This document shows, piece by piece, positions 52,005 through 60,711 of a DNA stretch of 64,000 nucleotides. The notes under the pieces were generated by a model, which did no database searches, was not told the DNA's origin, and worked only from the letters and a program-made list of their open reading frames with translations. The stretch is from positions 2,208,001-2,272,000 of the forward strand of contig OZ240245.1 of assembly GCA_965198175.1 (NCBI GenBank), given 5' to 3'. Both the position numbers and the translations under genes were made by a program. Source of the stretch: Candidatus Poribacteria bacterium (GTDB lineage Bacteria; Poribacteria; WGA-4E; PCPOR2b). Each line of letters starts with the position of its first letter. Positions within the stretch are counted from its first letter, which is position 1.

Positions 52005-54437
52005 GTGTCAAGTTTTGAGAGAGACAAACAGTATTGGGACAGCCACTTTGAGACCATGTTTGGCGAGGAATTTGTTCCCTTCACATTTCAACGCAAGGTA
52101 GCGCAATATCTTTTAAGTGGGCGAAATGTAATTTTGCAAGCGCCAACCGGGGCGGGCAAGACCAAAGCCGCGTTGTTTCCGTATTTACTGGCTCAACAGG
52201 AAAACATACCATTTCCCCGGAAATTGCTTTACACCACGCCAATGCGAGTCTTGGCAAAGAACTTTCACACCGATTTTAAAGAATCACCGATAGGGCAACA
52301 GACGAATCTCAAAGCGGAAATCCAGACGGGCGATAATCAAGATGACCGTCAGTTTCGTAGCGACCTGATTTTCACGACTATCGATCAGGTGTTGAGTAGT
52401 TTTCTTAACATCCCGTACGCGCTGGGATTACGTCAAGGTAACGTCAACGCTGGTGCAGTCGTGGGCGCGTATTTGGTCTTTGATGAATTCCACTTATTCG
52501 ACCCTGATACCTCGTTGGGAACCGTGATTGAAATGTTAAAAATGCTCAACGGTATCACTCCGTTTTTACTGATGACTGCCACTTTTTCAGAGGTGCTTCT
52601 TGAGCGATTGAGCGAATACTTTAACGCGGAAATCGTGCCAGTGAAAGAGGCTGAACTTAAACATATTCCTTCTCAGCAAGGAAAACGCCGTGAGTATCGG
52701 GTTAGCGAGGCAACGCTTTCGGAGAACGTAGACACGATTATTGCGCAACATCAACAACGCAGTATCGTCATCAGCAATACGGTGAAACGGGCTCAGGATA
52801 TGTATCAATCACTGCAGAGCAGTGCGCAACGAGGTACTGATACAGAAGTATTACTTTTACACTCCCGTTTCCTGAAGGAACACCGAAAAGCCAAAGAGGA
52901 TTTGATACGCTGCCGTTTCAAACGAGACGCGGAACCTGACAATGTGATTTTGGTTGCCACCCAGGTGATTGAAGTTGGGCTAGACATTAGCTGTGAGAAT
53001 CTGCACACAGAACTCGCGCCAGCAAGCGCAATTTTACAGCGCGCGGGGCGGTGTGCTCGGTTTGAAAACGAATCTGGAACAGTGACAATCTATCCTGTTC
53101 CACCTACGACCAACGGTTCACCAAATTATGCCCCTTACGACAAAGAAACCTGTCAAGCCACAATGGCGGCATTTCAACACCGAAACGGAGTTGTGCTAGG
53201 CTTTGTAGCCGAGCAAGAGGTTATCAACGAAGTCCACCGCGAAAGCGATGAAAAGATATTGGCAGGCATTGAGTCTCGCCCAATACGCAGACGTATATCA
53301 GAAGCGATTTCTGGACAGGAATTAGGTCTTGCTCGTGAATTAATTCGCAGGAATGATTCACGAACATTGCTCGTGCATAATGATCCCGAAGAAGCGCTTC
53401 CTAAGCCTTTTCGGGTTGAAGGTTTCAGCCTTTATCGCGGTACACTATTTGGGGCGTGGGATGAACTTCAACGAGTGGCACAAGAGCAGGGGCTAAGTTG
53501 GTCTCTGAAGTATCCTAAAGAAGTGGAGGACAACTCGCCAAACAGCCGTACTGCCATTGCCTATGAGTGGCGTGAGATAAAAGAAAAAAAGGACTTAAGC
53601 GTTTCTCCACTGTTTGTAGTGCATCCCAAGCTAGTTTCATACAATGCCAAGTTAGGGTTTCGTCTTGAGGCAGTGGAAACACCTTGCCCATTAAGCGTAC
53701 CTGACGATGAAACCATGCCAGAAGGTGAACGCGGCAAAGGCTATTATCGTGAGACATACACCGAACACATCCAACACCTACTAAATGCATATCATTGTGG
53801 GTTAGCGGCTGAACTGAGTTACGCTGCCTCACGACTGGAGGGAAAACTGAATGTACGGCCAGGCGCAATCAATGAGGCAATCCAACTCTGCATCGCCCTA
53901 CACGATATCGGAAAGCTGACGATTGGTTGGCAAGAATGGGCGCACAAATGGCAACAAGCTATCGGTTGTCCCTTGGAAGAAAACTACATGGCAGCCCATA
54001 CCGATTACGACCGTGACAATCCTGCAATACGTGAAATCGAAAGAAGATTCTCTATTAAACGCCCAGGACATGCCGTTGAAAGTGTTTGGGCAATCGCGCC
54101 ACTTTTCGTCAAGGTATTCGGTAGAGAACAGAGAGATTTGGCTGAAGCCTGTTTTTCTGCTATAGCACGACACCATTCACCGCGCGCTAAGAACTGTTCA
54201 CCCTACATCTTGCACCCTTATGCACCATCTGAGATTCAAGAGGTTTTACAAGGAATTGGAGGCTTAGGACACATGGCTCAAATGCACTTAGAATCCCTCT
54301 GCAAAGAAGCAACACCTATAAAGCCCTTTTCCGCCTTTGTTCAGCCAGATTGCACTCTTGCACTACTAACCTATTTTCTGATCGTGCGTGCTTTACGACT
54401 TGCTGACCAAGAAGCAACCTCACAAGTCAGCAGATAA
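52005..54437 (+). CDS. cas3: CRISPR-associated helicase/nuclease Cas3 (helicase first, HD domain at the C-terminus)
   Basis: APTGAGKT, DEFH, TAT, HSRF, ATQVIEVGLDI, QRAGRCAR; C-terminal EH...LHDIGK...HA...HH...LAD. Confidence 0.95.
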   Translation: MSSFERDKQYWDSHFETMFGEEFVPFTFQRKVAQYLLSGRNVILQAPTGAGKTKAALFPYLLAQQENIPFPRKLLYTTPMRVLAKNFHTDFKESPIGQQTNLKAEIQTGDNQDDRQFRSDLIFTTIDQVLSSFLNIPYALGLRQGNVNAGAVVGAYLVFDEFHLFDPDTSLGTVIEMLKMLNGITPFLLMTATFSEVLLERLSEYFNAEIVPVKEAELKHIPSQQGKRREYRVSEATLSENVDTIIAQHQQRSIVISNTVKRAQDMYQSLQSSAQRGTDTEVLLLHSRFLKEHRKAKEDLIRCRFKRDAEPDNVILVATQVIEVGLDISCENLHTELAPASAILQRAGRCARFENESGTVTIYPVPPTTNGSPNYAPYDKETCQATMAAFQHRNGVVLGFVAEQEVINEVHRESDEKILAGIESRPIRRRISEAISGQELGLARELIRRNDSRTLLVHNDPEEALPKPFRVEGFSLYRGTLFGAWDELQRVAQEQGLSWSLKYPKEVEDNSPNSRTAIAYEWREIKEKKDLSVSPLFVVHPKLVSYNAKLGFRLEAVETPCPLSVPDDETMPEGERGKGYYRETYTEHIQHLLNAYHCGLAAELSYAASRLEGKLNVRPGAINEAIQLCIALHDIGKLTIGWQEWAHKWQQAIGCPLEENYMAAHTDYDRDNPAIREIERRFSIKRPGHAVESVWAIAPLFVKVFGREQRDLAEACFSAIARHHSPRAKNCSPYILHPYAPSEIQEVLQGIGGLGHMAQMHLESLCKEATPIKPFSAFVQPDCTLALLTYFLIVRALRLADQEATSQVSR

Positions 54438-54450
54438 GGAGTGATAACTG

Positions 54451-56238
54451 ATGTACCAACAGACTTATTTCGTTGATAAGCAGACAGGCACATTTGCCGA
54501 TGTCTGTTCAGCTTACGGATTAGCAACTATCTTAGACGGATTTTTACGACGTGTCCTCGGCGAACACGGTTCACGCACTGTCAGAATTTTGGACAGGGGG
54601 ACGACCTTCGCGATTGAACTCTCTCCCGCGTTGCAAGAAGAATGGGTTGAGAACTCAAGTTTTTTTGCACCCATCCGCTTTATTAAGACAGCAAAGAATA
54701 GTGGAACAATGCCAGAAGATATTGACAATGTTGATTATGACGGAGAGAAAAGGATTTATGATGAATATAGAGAAGCCCGCCGAATCCTGGGGCAAACGAT
54801 GAATCGCGGCGGAAGCGAGGGCGATGCCGCTTTACCTGACAAACCAAAACCCGACTATCCGGTTTGGCAGAAAATCAACATGATGTCAGGGATCAGTTCT
54901 TACAATGCTGCTGTGGGCAACTGGTTTGAAACTCGTGGGCAATTCGCAGAACTTCTCCATCTTCTACTTGCACTTCACGCCACCACACCTAATCCGGTTT
55001 CAACCTGCGAACAAGAATGGAAAAAACTCAAAAAGGCGGGAAAGCTTTCCGGCAAAGACCGCTTGAATATGCTGCAGATATTCAACCCAAACACCGGAAA
55101 AGGCCAAAACGCCACAAAAGCAAACAGTTTGTCAATGGGTAACGTAAGCAACTTTTGGTTGTGCGAATACATAAAGATGGTGGGTTTCTATCGCTGTGCT
55201 TTACCGCGATTCGTGTTGGTGAAACCTGGCCGGCCACCGACGGACCGAAAAACCTTCGCATTAGCGCCTATCAACATGACACTTGCGGCGCACGACGACA
55301 TTTTCAATAGCTTCCGTGACACAGTGAGCAGCAATTACGCAATAAAGTCTGACATCTTTGCGGCGCTCAACTACACACAATGCTTTCTGAAATACTCCGA
55401 TGAAGCTCAGGAATCTGACGATTTATGGGGTGACGATCCCCACGACTTTGTCGCAGGGATGCACACCGCCTTTTATAAAGATCTCGGCAACTCGTCCGCC
55501 GTGATGAACCTTTCCTTTATCAATCTACCACGCTGGATGAACGTTCAAGATATAGATGATGTGCAGATATACCGCGAGATGATAGCGGAACACCTGCAAA
55601 TCATAGGAAGTTTAGAAGAGGAACGGAGTGAAGGCTTTCAACTGCTCCAACACTATCTGGACTTCCTATCCGGTCACGATTTCACGGCGTTCTTTGAGTT
55701 CACAGCGAAATACCCAAACTACCTGCTCAATGGCTTAGCGAAGGAACATTTCTGGGTTAAGCCGTTGAGCGCAACTAATCTGAGGAGGTTACTCATGAGA
55801 AACGAAAAAAAACTCACGCCAATTATCAAAAGCGACGGTTTTCAAAATATCGCTAGAGCCATCCGCCAAAGCACGGTGACGCTACAGTATATGGCGAGAA
55901 GCGGAAATCCCCCGTATGACGTTCGATATGGACTCGGACAAGAATTGCGACGCAAGGCGAACTATCCGGACGAGTTCATTCAGGAATTAGGTGATTTTCT
56001 ACACTCTTTCAACGCGGAAAATGCCCGCGTAGCGGAAGTTTCATCCGAAAGGGACCGGCGGTTCCGGCGAAAAAGCGTCCGTGTAGATGACATCACCGAA
56101 ATCGTTCAATTGATTGATGAACACGGGGCCCAAACCGTCTGTCATTTGCTGCTAGCTTTCGGATACGCTTCTACCAGCCACGATGAGACGCCGACAGACG
56201 ATGCCACCTCCCACACCCAACAAGGAGAAGGAAAATGA
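54451..56238 (+). CDS. cas8: Type I large subunit Cas8 (I-A-like) with C-terminal small-subunit (Cas11-like) domain
   Basis: Position between cas3 and cas7; NPNTGKGQN motif; size; family assignment mainly by context. Confidence 0.75.
   Translation: MYQQTYFVDKQTGTFADVCSAYGLATILDGFLRRVLGEHGSRTVRILDRGTTFAIELSPALQEEWVENSSFFAPIRFIKTAKNSGTMPEDIDNVDYDGEKRIYDEYREARRILGQTMNRGGSEGDAALPDKPKPDYPVWQKINMMSGISSYNAAVGNWFETRGQFAELLHLLLALHATTPNPVSTCEQEWKKLKKAGKLSGKDRLNMLQIFNPNTGKGQNATKANSLSMGNVSNFWLCEYIKMVGFYRCALPRFVLVKPGRPPTDRKTFALAPINMTLAAHDDIFNSFRDTVSSNYAIKSDIFAALNYTQCFLKYSDEAQESDDLWGDDPHDFVAGMHTAFYKDLGNSSAVMNLSFINLPRWMNVQDIDDVQIYREMIAEHLQIIGSLEEERSEGFQLLQHYLDFLSGHDFTAFFEFTAKYPNYLLNGLAKEHFWVKPLSATNLRRLLMRNEKKLTPIIKSDGFQNIARAIRQSTVTLQYMARSGNPPYDVRYGLGQELRRKANYPDEFIQELGDFLHSFNAENARVAEVSSERDRRFRRKSVRVDDITEIVQLIDEHGAQTVCHLLLAFGYASTSHDETPTDDATSHTQQGEGK
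55795..56238 (+). CDS. Probable internally translated Cas11 small subunit (147 aa, in frame with cas8)
   Basis: AGGAGG (55783-55788) 6 nt before the in-frame ATG at 55795 (Met449); helical product. Confidence 0.6.
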   Translation: MRNEKKLTPIIKSDGFQNIARAIRQSTVTLQYMARSGNPPYDVRYGLGQELRRKANYPDEFIQELGDFLHSFNAENARVAEVSSERDRRFRRKSVRVDDITEIVQLIDEHGAQTVCHLLLAFGYASTSHDETPTDDATSHTQQGEGK

Positions 56239-57233
56239 GCGATAACAAAGCGGTTTATTCCCTCACCATCTGTGGTCAAGCCACAATTGATATGCACTCC
56301 CTCAACAACGAAGGAAGCGAGGGAAACCAGATTGCAACCCGAATGGTCAACGTCTACGATGAGGCGGGAAAACTCGCTGCCGTGAACGCAATTTCAGGCG
56401 ATATGTTCAAACACATTCAAGCCGAACATCTGTTTCATCTGAGCAGAAATAGCGGACTGAAGCTATGTTCTGGGTGCCAAAGATTCAGTGCAAACCGTAT
56501 CCTTGATGACGAGACTTTTGTCGGCAGCTTCGAAAAAAACACCCCCGACGGGAAGATAGTTGCAAAGATGGTGCAAATGTGTGCCATTGATGACGTTGAA
56601 GGCATTCTTGTTACAGCTAAGAACAAATCCACGCCGCGCAAGTCGATTGTGGAGTTTGGTTGGGTCGTCGGCATACCCGAGTTTAACACGACAGATAACT
56701 ACTTCCATGTCAAGTATGTGTCGGATAGTGGAGCACAAAACGCAGATGACGGCGACAGCGCTGATGGCGGTGGAGCTAATCTTGGACAGAACATCTTCCA
56801 TCGTCCCGCGAATTCGGGGATTTACGCAGTTGTCGCAGGGGTTGAGGTTTCGCGGCTCGGTTTCAACGATATAAGTCAGGACTACGCCATTGACGACGAA
56901 GAGCGTAGCAAACGATACAAAGCGTTGATTGAAAGCCTACTTTGTACTTTCGTCGAGCCGAATGGCGCGATGCGAAGTGCTCAGAATCCCCATCTCGTCA
57001 ACTTTGAAGGGGTTGTCAGTCTAAGCACTAAGATTTTGCCCGCGCCAACAATCAGCCCGCTCAACGCCAAATATAAGGACGAAATCAAACGGATCGCATC
57101 TGCGCTGAATCAAATTGAAGCAGATGCAGTCGAACTACGCGAGTTTGAATCACTGGGCGGTTACGCCGAGGTGATGGCAAACCTTGCCAATACAACTGTA
57201 CCTTTCAAGATAAACTACAACGGAGGGAACTAA
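56235..57233 (+). CDS. cas7: Cas7 backbone protein, DevR/Csa2 family
   Basis: MHSLNNEG..GN...R, VNAISGDMFKH, DDVEG, RKSIVEFGW, SGIYA. Confidence 0.92.
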   Translation: MSDNKAVYSLTICGQATIDMHSLNNEGSEGNQIATRMVNVYDEAGKLAAVNAISGDMFKHIQAEHLFHLSRNSGLKLCSGCQRFSANRILDDETFVGSFEKNTPDGKIVAKMVQMCAIDDVEGILVTAKNKSTPRKSIVEFGWVVGIPEFNTTDNYFHVKYVSDSGAQNADDGDSADGGGANLGQNIFHRPANSGIYAVVAGVEVSRLGFNDISQDYAIDDEERSKRYKALIESLLCTFVEPNGAMRSAQNPHLVNFEGVVSLSTKILPAPTISPLNAKYKDEIKRIASALNQIEADAVELREFESLGGYAEVMANLANTTVPFKINYNGGN

Positions 57234-57234
57234 A

Positions 57235-57954
57235 ATGTGGGTGTCAGCTACCTATCAACCCACCACGTTCTTTTCGCTCAAGCCAAGTAATGCTACATCG
57301 TCAGGCGGAAAGACGTTGTTGACACCAACGCCTTACGCGATAAAGATGGGGCTGTTAGATGTCGCCATACGCGTAGATGGGATCAGCTACGGGGAGCAAG
57401 CATGGGAGTGGATACGCGTCATGTCGTTAGCGGTGCATTTACCCGAACGTGCGCTCGTCAACAACGTGTTTACTCGTATTCTCAAGCCACCCCATAATCG
57501 AAAAAAAGTGGGGTTCGACAGAACCATCGGCTACCGCGAGTATGTCCATTTCGTTGGCGCCATGAAATTAGCTTTTGAAATTCACGGTGATTCGTCAGCG
57601 GATTCACAGGAACAACGGTTGAACAAGCTTCTGCCTCACATCACATACTTAGGGAAACGTGGTGGGTTCGTTCAATTAATTCCCCCGGTACAGTCGCTTG
57701 AGACACTACCCTCTGAGTTTACGCTTCTGCGTGAACAAGCAGATACATGGCATATCCAAAGTCAGTTACAGCACTTGGACGATTGCGATCATGAGATGAC
57801 TTTCGAGCAAGCCGACATTTACAGTGGGAAGAATATTCATGTTGGCAAGGAACGGCGCACCTTCCTTGCCATGCTTCCCTACCGGTTGCGTAAATCGAGT
57901 CGCAGTTTTAGCGATTACGAGCGTTTGGCTACTCCGTCTACTAGTGAGAATTAA
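57235..57954 (+). CDS. cas5: Cas5 (RAMP)
   Basis: FSLK..ATSSGGKTLLTPTPYAIKMGL, YREY, YLGKRGG. Confidence 0.88.
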   Translation: MWVSATYQPTTFFSLKPSNATSSGGKTLLTPTPYAIKMGLLDVAIRVDGISYGEQAWEWIRVMSLAVHLPERALVNNVFTRILKPPHNRKKVGFDRTIGYREYVHFVGAMKLAFEIHGDSSADSQEQRLNKLLPHITYLGKRGGFVQLIPPVQSLETLPSEFTLLREQADTWHIQSQLQHLDDCDHEMTFEQADIYSGKNIHVGKERRTFLAMLPYRLRKSSRSFSDYERLATPSTSEN

Positions 57955-58122
57955 GCTAGTCTTAAGTTCTACCAATTCGGTCTACAAATCTATCACGGTG
58001 TCCGATACCGCCTACAAGCGCGAAAGTGGCATTGCCTCCAAATCGCAAAATATGAGTAACCTAAAGGCTCTTGAGGGGTTTCTAGGCACACAATCCGATT
58101 TCAACACCCCATGGAGGTTCAC

Positions 58123-59718
58123 ATGAAAACTATCCTTGTCATAACCGCAATTGTATTGGCTGCTGTGTTTTCTGCTATCTGCCGTGCCCATGCCGTAGCG
58201 GAAAAGGAAGCGGAAATCCTGAAACTCATGGAGCCGGGTCTGGCGAGGATGCAACCAGGTTTAATTCATTATCCCGCTGACCCTTGGTTTACGTTCGCAC
58301 GCCAACAGCACGATGATTTGACACTTGTCGCGTTGTTGAATCTGTCCAAAACGGCGTCCGATGAAAAGGTCCGATATCTGGCTCTTGGTAGCTTATCACG
58401 TCAGAAAAACGTGCGGCTTATCCCATTCTGGCAGGGAATCTTAGAAAACCGTGATGACGTAGATGATTGTCCGTCCGCATATGCTTATGCTATCTCCGGG
58501 CTTTCAACGATAAACACTCCGCAATCGACCCGTGTGTTGCTGACGCTCCTATCCGACCCGGAAACACCTCCCACGATATTATGCCTCATCTGCGGCGTAC
58601 ACCGCAGGTCTCAGGAAATTGAGGTGTCAGAAGAAATCTGGGAGCAGATTTTCTTGTTAACTACCCATGAATCTCCGAAGGTAAGGCTTACTGCGCTTAA
58701 AGCGTTACCATATTACCTCGAAACGTCATTCTTCACAAAAGCATTGCGGGATCAACTTCTCCATCGCGCACTTACCGATACAAACCTTGACATTGTCCGT
58801 TGGGGGCTGCGTTCGCTTGGAATGAATGCACCGCCTGAACTCTTTTCAATTACACTCGATTACCTAAATCACAAGAATGCTTCCGTCCGTGCTCTGGCCG
58901 ATGAAGCACTAATTTATTTCCTTTTTGAGCATTTTGAGATGTGCCAAATAGCATTGGAAGAGAAACGGTGGACTTATCAAACCGCGCCGTTACTTACCTC
59001 ACGATATGCACGAATCCTTGAAACAGAGAAAGGTGAATTTGCCGAAGCGGAAAAGGCGTATCAAACCGCGCAACGCACCTATGCTTCAAACGACGCCTAC
59101 CATGTGCGCAACGATGATCCGGGCGCAACGATGCTCTATCGGCTCATTCAAGTTAAACAGAAGTGCGGTGACATTGAAGGTGCGATAACGGTATTGAACC
59201 GGATAGTCAAGGAATATTCACGGAATACCCGCATTTATGCAAACGATTTTCCAGCCCCAGGTCATAATATTATAGGGACGGTGGGGGAGTTAGAAAGTCA
59301 ATTTCGGGTGATTTTAGAGGATGCTCCCATCCGAATTCGCGTTTCGCCGCTAAATGAGACTTACCATCCAAAGGAAGACCTAAAATTCAAAGTGTCAATT
59401 CACAATCTTTCGACTGAGAAAGTGATGCTGCATTGTAAACATCAAAAGGGAAAGGATGTATTAGTTCCCGACCGTCCCATAATTGTGATAAATGGGAATC
59501 AGTGGACCAATTTTCACGAAACTACGTTTTTGGTTGATACGGTCAAGAAGGTGGCCATTCCGCCAAACGAGTCGTATTCATTCGTTGGCACACTTGGATT
59601 TTCACGGACTGGAAATTACGTCATTGACTTCCGATTCAAACCGGTGTGCGAATTGGAAGATGGCACTCAGTGGAGTGCGCGGATTCTTTCCAATTCGGTG
59701 AAAATAAAAATGCCGTGA
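58123..59718 (+). CDS. Secreted HEAT-repeat/TPR protein with C-terminal Ig-like domain
   Basis: SD ggagg + ATG 58123; signal peptide ending AHA; HEAT motifs (VRYLALGSL, VRLTALKAL, VRALADEAL); beta-rich C-terminus. Confidence 0.75.
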   Translation: MKTILVITAIVLAAVFSAICRAHAVAEKEAEILKLMEPGLARMQPGLIHYPADPWFTFARQQHDDLTLVALLNLSKTASDEKVRYLALGSLSRQKNVRLIPFWQGILENRDDVDDCPSAYAYAISGLSTINTPQSTRVLLTLLSDPETPPTILCLICGVHRRSQEIEVSEEIWEQIFLLTTHESPKVRLTALKALPYYLETSFFTKALRDQLLHRALTDTNLDIVRWGLRSLGMNAPPELFSITLDYLNHKNASVRALADEALIYFLFEHFEMCQIALEEKRWTYQTAPLLTSRYARILETEKGEFAEAEKAYQTAQRTYASNDAYHVRNDDPGATMLYRLIQVKQKCGDIEGAITVLNRIVKEYSRNTRIYANDFPAPGHNIIGTVGELESQFRVILEDAPIRIRVSPLNETYHPKEDLKFKVSIHNLSTEKVMLHCKHQKGKDVLVPDRPIIVINGNQWTNFHETTFLVDTVKKVAIPPNESYSFVGTLGFSRTGNYVIDFRFKPVCELEDGTQWSARILSNSVKIKMP

Positions 59719-59753
59719 TTCACGCTGTGCATATGCGCAAAATCTCAAATATT

Positions 59754-60155
59754 TTAATGGCTGTCGAGTTCATCTGCTTTCGGTGCAGATGCGATTCGTA
59801 GAACGTGACCATCTAGATCCTCGACTCTCAGCTCGTATGCCCACGGATAGTTCGTTGGCGTTTCTCGAATCGTCGCACCGCTCGCTTTGTATTCGTCATA
59901 AAATGCTTCGGCATCTTCGACGCCAATCCAGATCCAGGTTCCGGGGTGACCCCCCCAACCTTCGCTTAGCATGATGGAGAAGTCATCGCGCGATACACTT
60001 CCAAAGGCGGGTGGATCGCCCCAGTCCCAATCCTTTGTGAAGCCGAGGACGTTTACATAATAGTCAATGCTCGCAGCGAAGTTCTTGACATATAAGATGG
60101 GTATGATGCTCTCTACCTTGCTTTCTGTTTCTTTTGCTGTGGTTGTATTGGACAT
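59754..60155 (-). CDS. VOC / glyoxalase-bleomycin resistance family protein
   Basis: IPILYVKNFAASIDYYVNVLGF; PWAYELRVEDLDGHVLRI. Confidence 0.9.
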   Translation of the reverse strand: MSNTTTAKETESKVESIIPILYVKNFAASIDYYVNVLGFTKDWDWGDPPAFGSVSRDDFSIMLSEGWGGHPGTWIWIGVEDAEAFYDEYKASGATIRETPTNYPWAYELRVEDLDGHVLRIASAPKADELDSH

Positions 60156-60215
60156 CTTAAGATTATATCCTTTGTTTAGAAAACGCAAAATGTGGGTTTA
60201 ACGTCAATCCGAATC

Positions 60216-60518
60216 CTATTGATGCACTTCCATATACGCCCGCAACACGGCGTTCATGCGGGTTTGATACCCTCTGCCCTGGGACTTGAACCATTTGAGC
60301 ACGTCGCTATCGACACGCAGAGATATGGCGTGTTTAGGTTGCGGTATCACAACCTCGGCATCTTTCCAGAATGCCGCATCCGTCGGTTGGGCGTCCGGGT
60401 CGGATGCCGATCCTGCTTCAATTTCGGACTCGGTCATATTTTTGACGCGCTCCCATTCGGTTTGTGTGTCCTTCGGTAGGTTATTAAGAGAAAGCTCCGT
60501 GGAATGTGTTTCTTTCAC
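60216..60518 (-). CDS. brnA: BrnA antitoxin family protein (RHH), no cognate brnT adjacent
   Basis: TEWERV..MTESEI...DPDA; ISLRVDSDVLKWFKSQGRGYQTRMNAVLR; SD aggagg + GTG. Confidence 0.9.
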   Translation of the reverse strand: MKETHSTELSLNNLPKDTQTEWERVKNMTESEIEAGSASDPDAQPTDAAFWKDAEVVIPQPKHAISLRVDSDVLKWFKSQGRGYQTRMNAVLRAYMEVHQ

Positions 60519-60553
60519 TGTGGTTTGTCCTCCTTGCTGAAATGATGCGGCGA

Positions 60554-60592
60554 ATACACATATAGTATACAATGTGTATATACAAATGTCAA
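60554..60592 (-). promoter_or_regulatory. brnA promoter with overlapping palindromic operator
   Basis: TTGACA-N17-TATACT on the minus strand; ATACACAT-N10-ATGTGTAT inverted repeat over the -10 box. Confidence 0.75.
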
Positions 60593-60711
60593 AAAATGTA
60601 CGCTAGCCCCTCGGAGCGGATTCCTATGTAATCACTAATCGTGTCGTGGCAGATGTTTTTGTACCTATGCCTTTACGTACCACGCACTTTTGTAGGTAAG
60701 GAAAAAGAAAA

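Noticed and set aside
60063..60072. 10-nt match between the sequence after the degenerate repeat (GAGCATTGAC) and the VOC gene
   Set aside because: A 10-mer match is plausible by chance in 64 kb on two strands and does not extend
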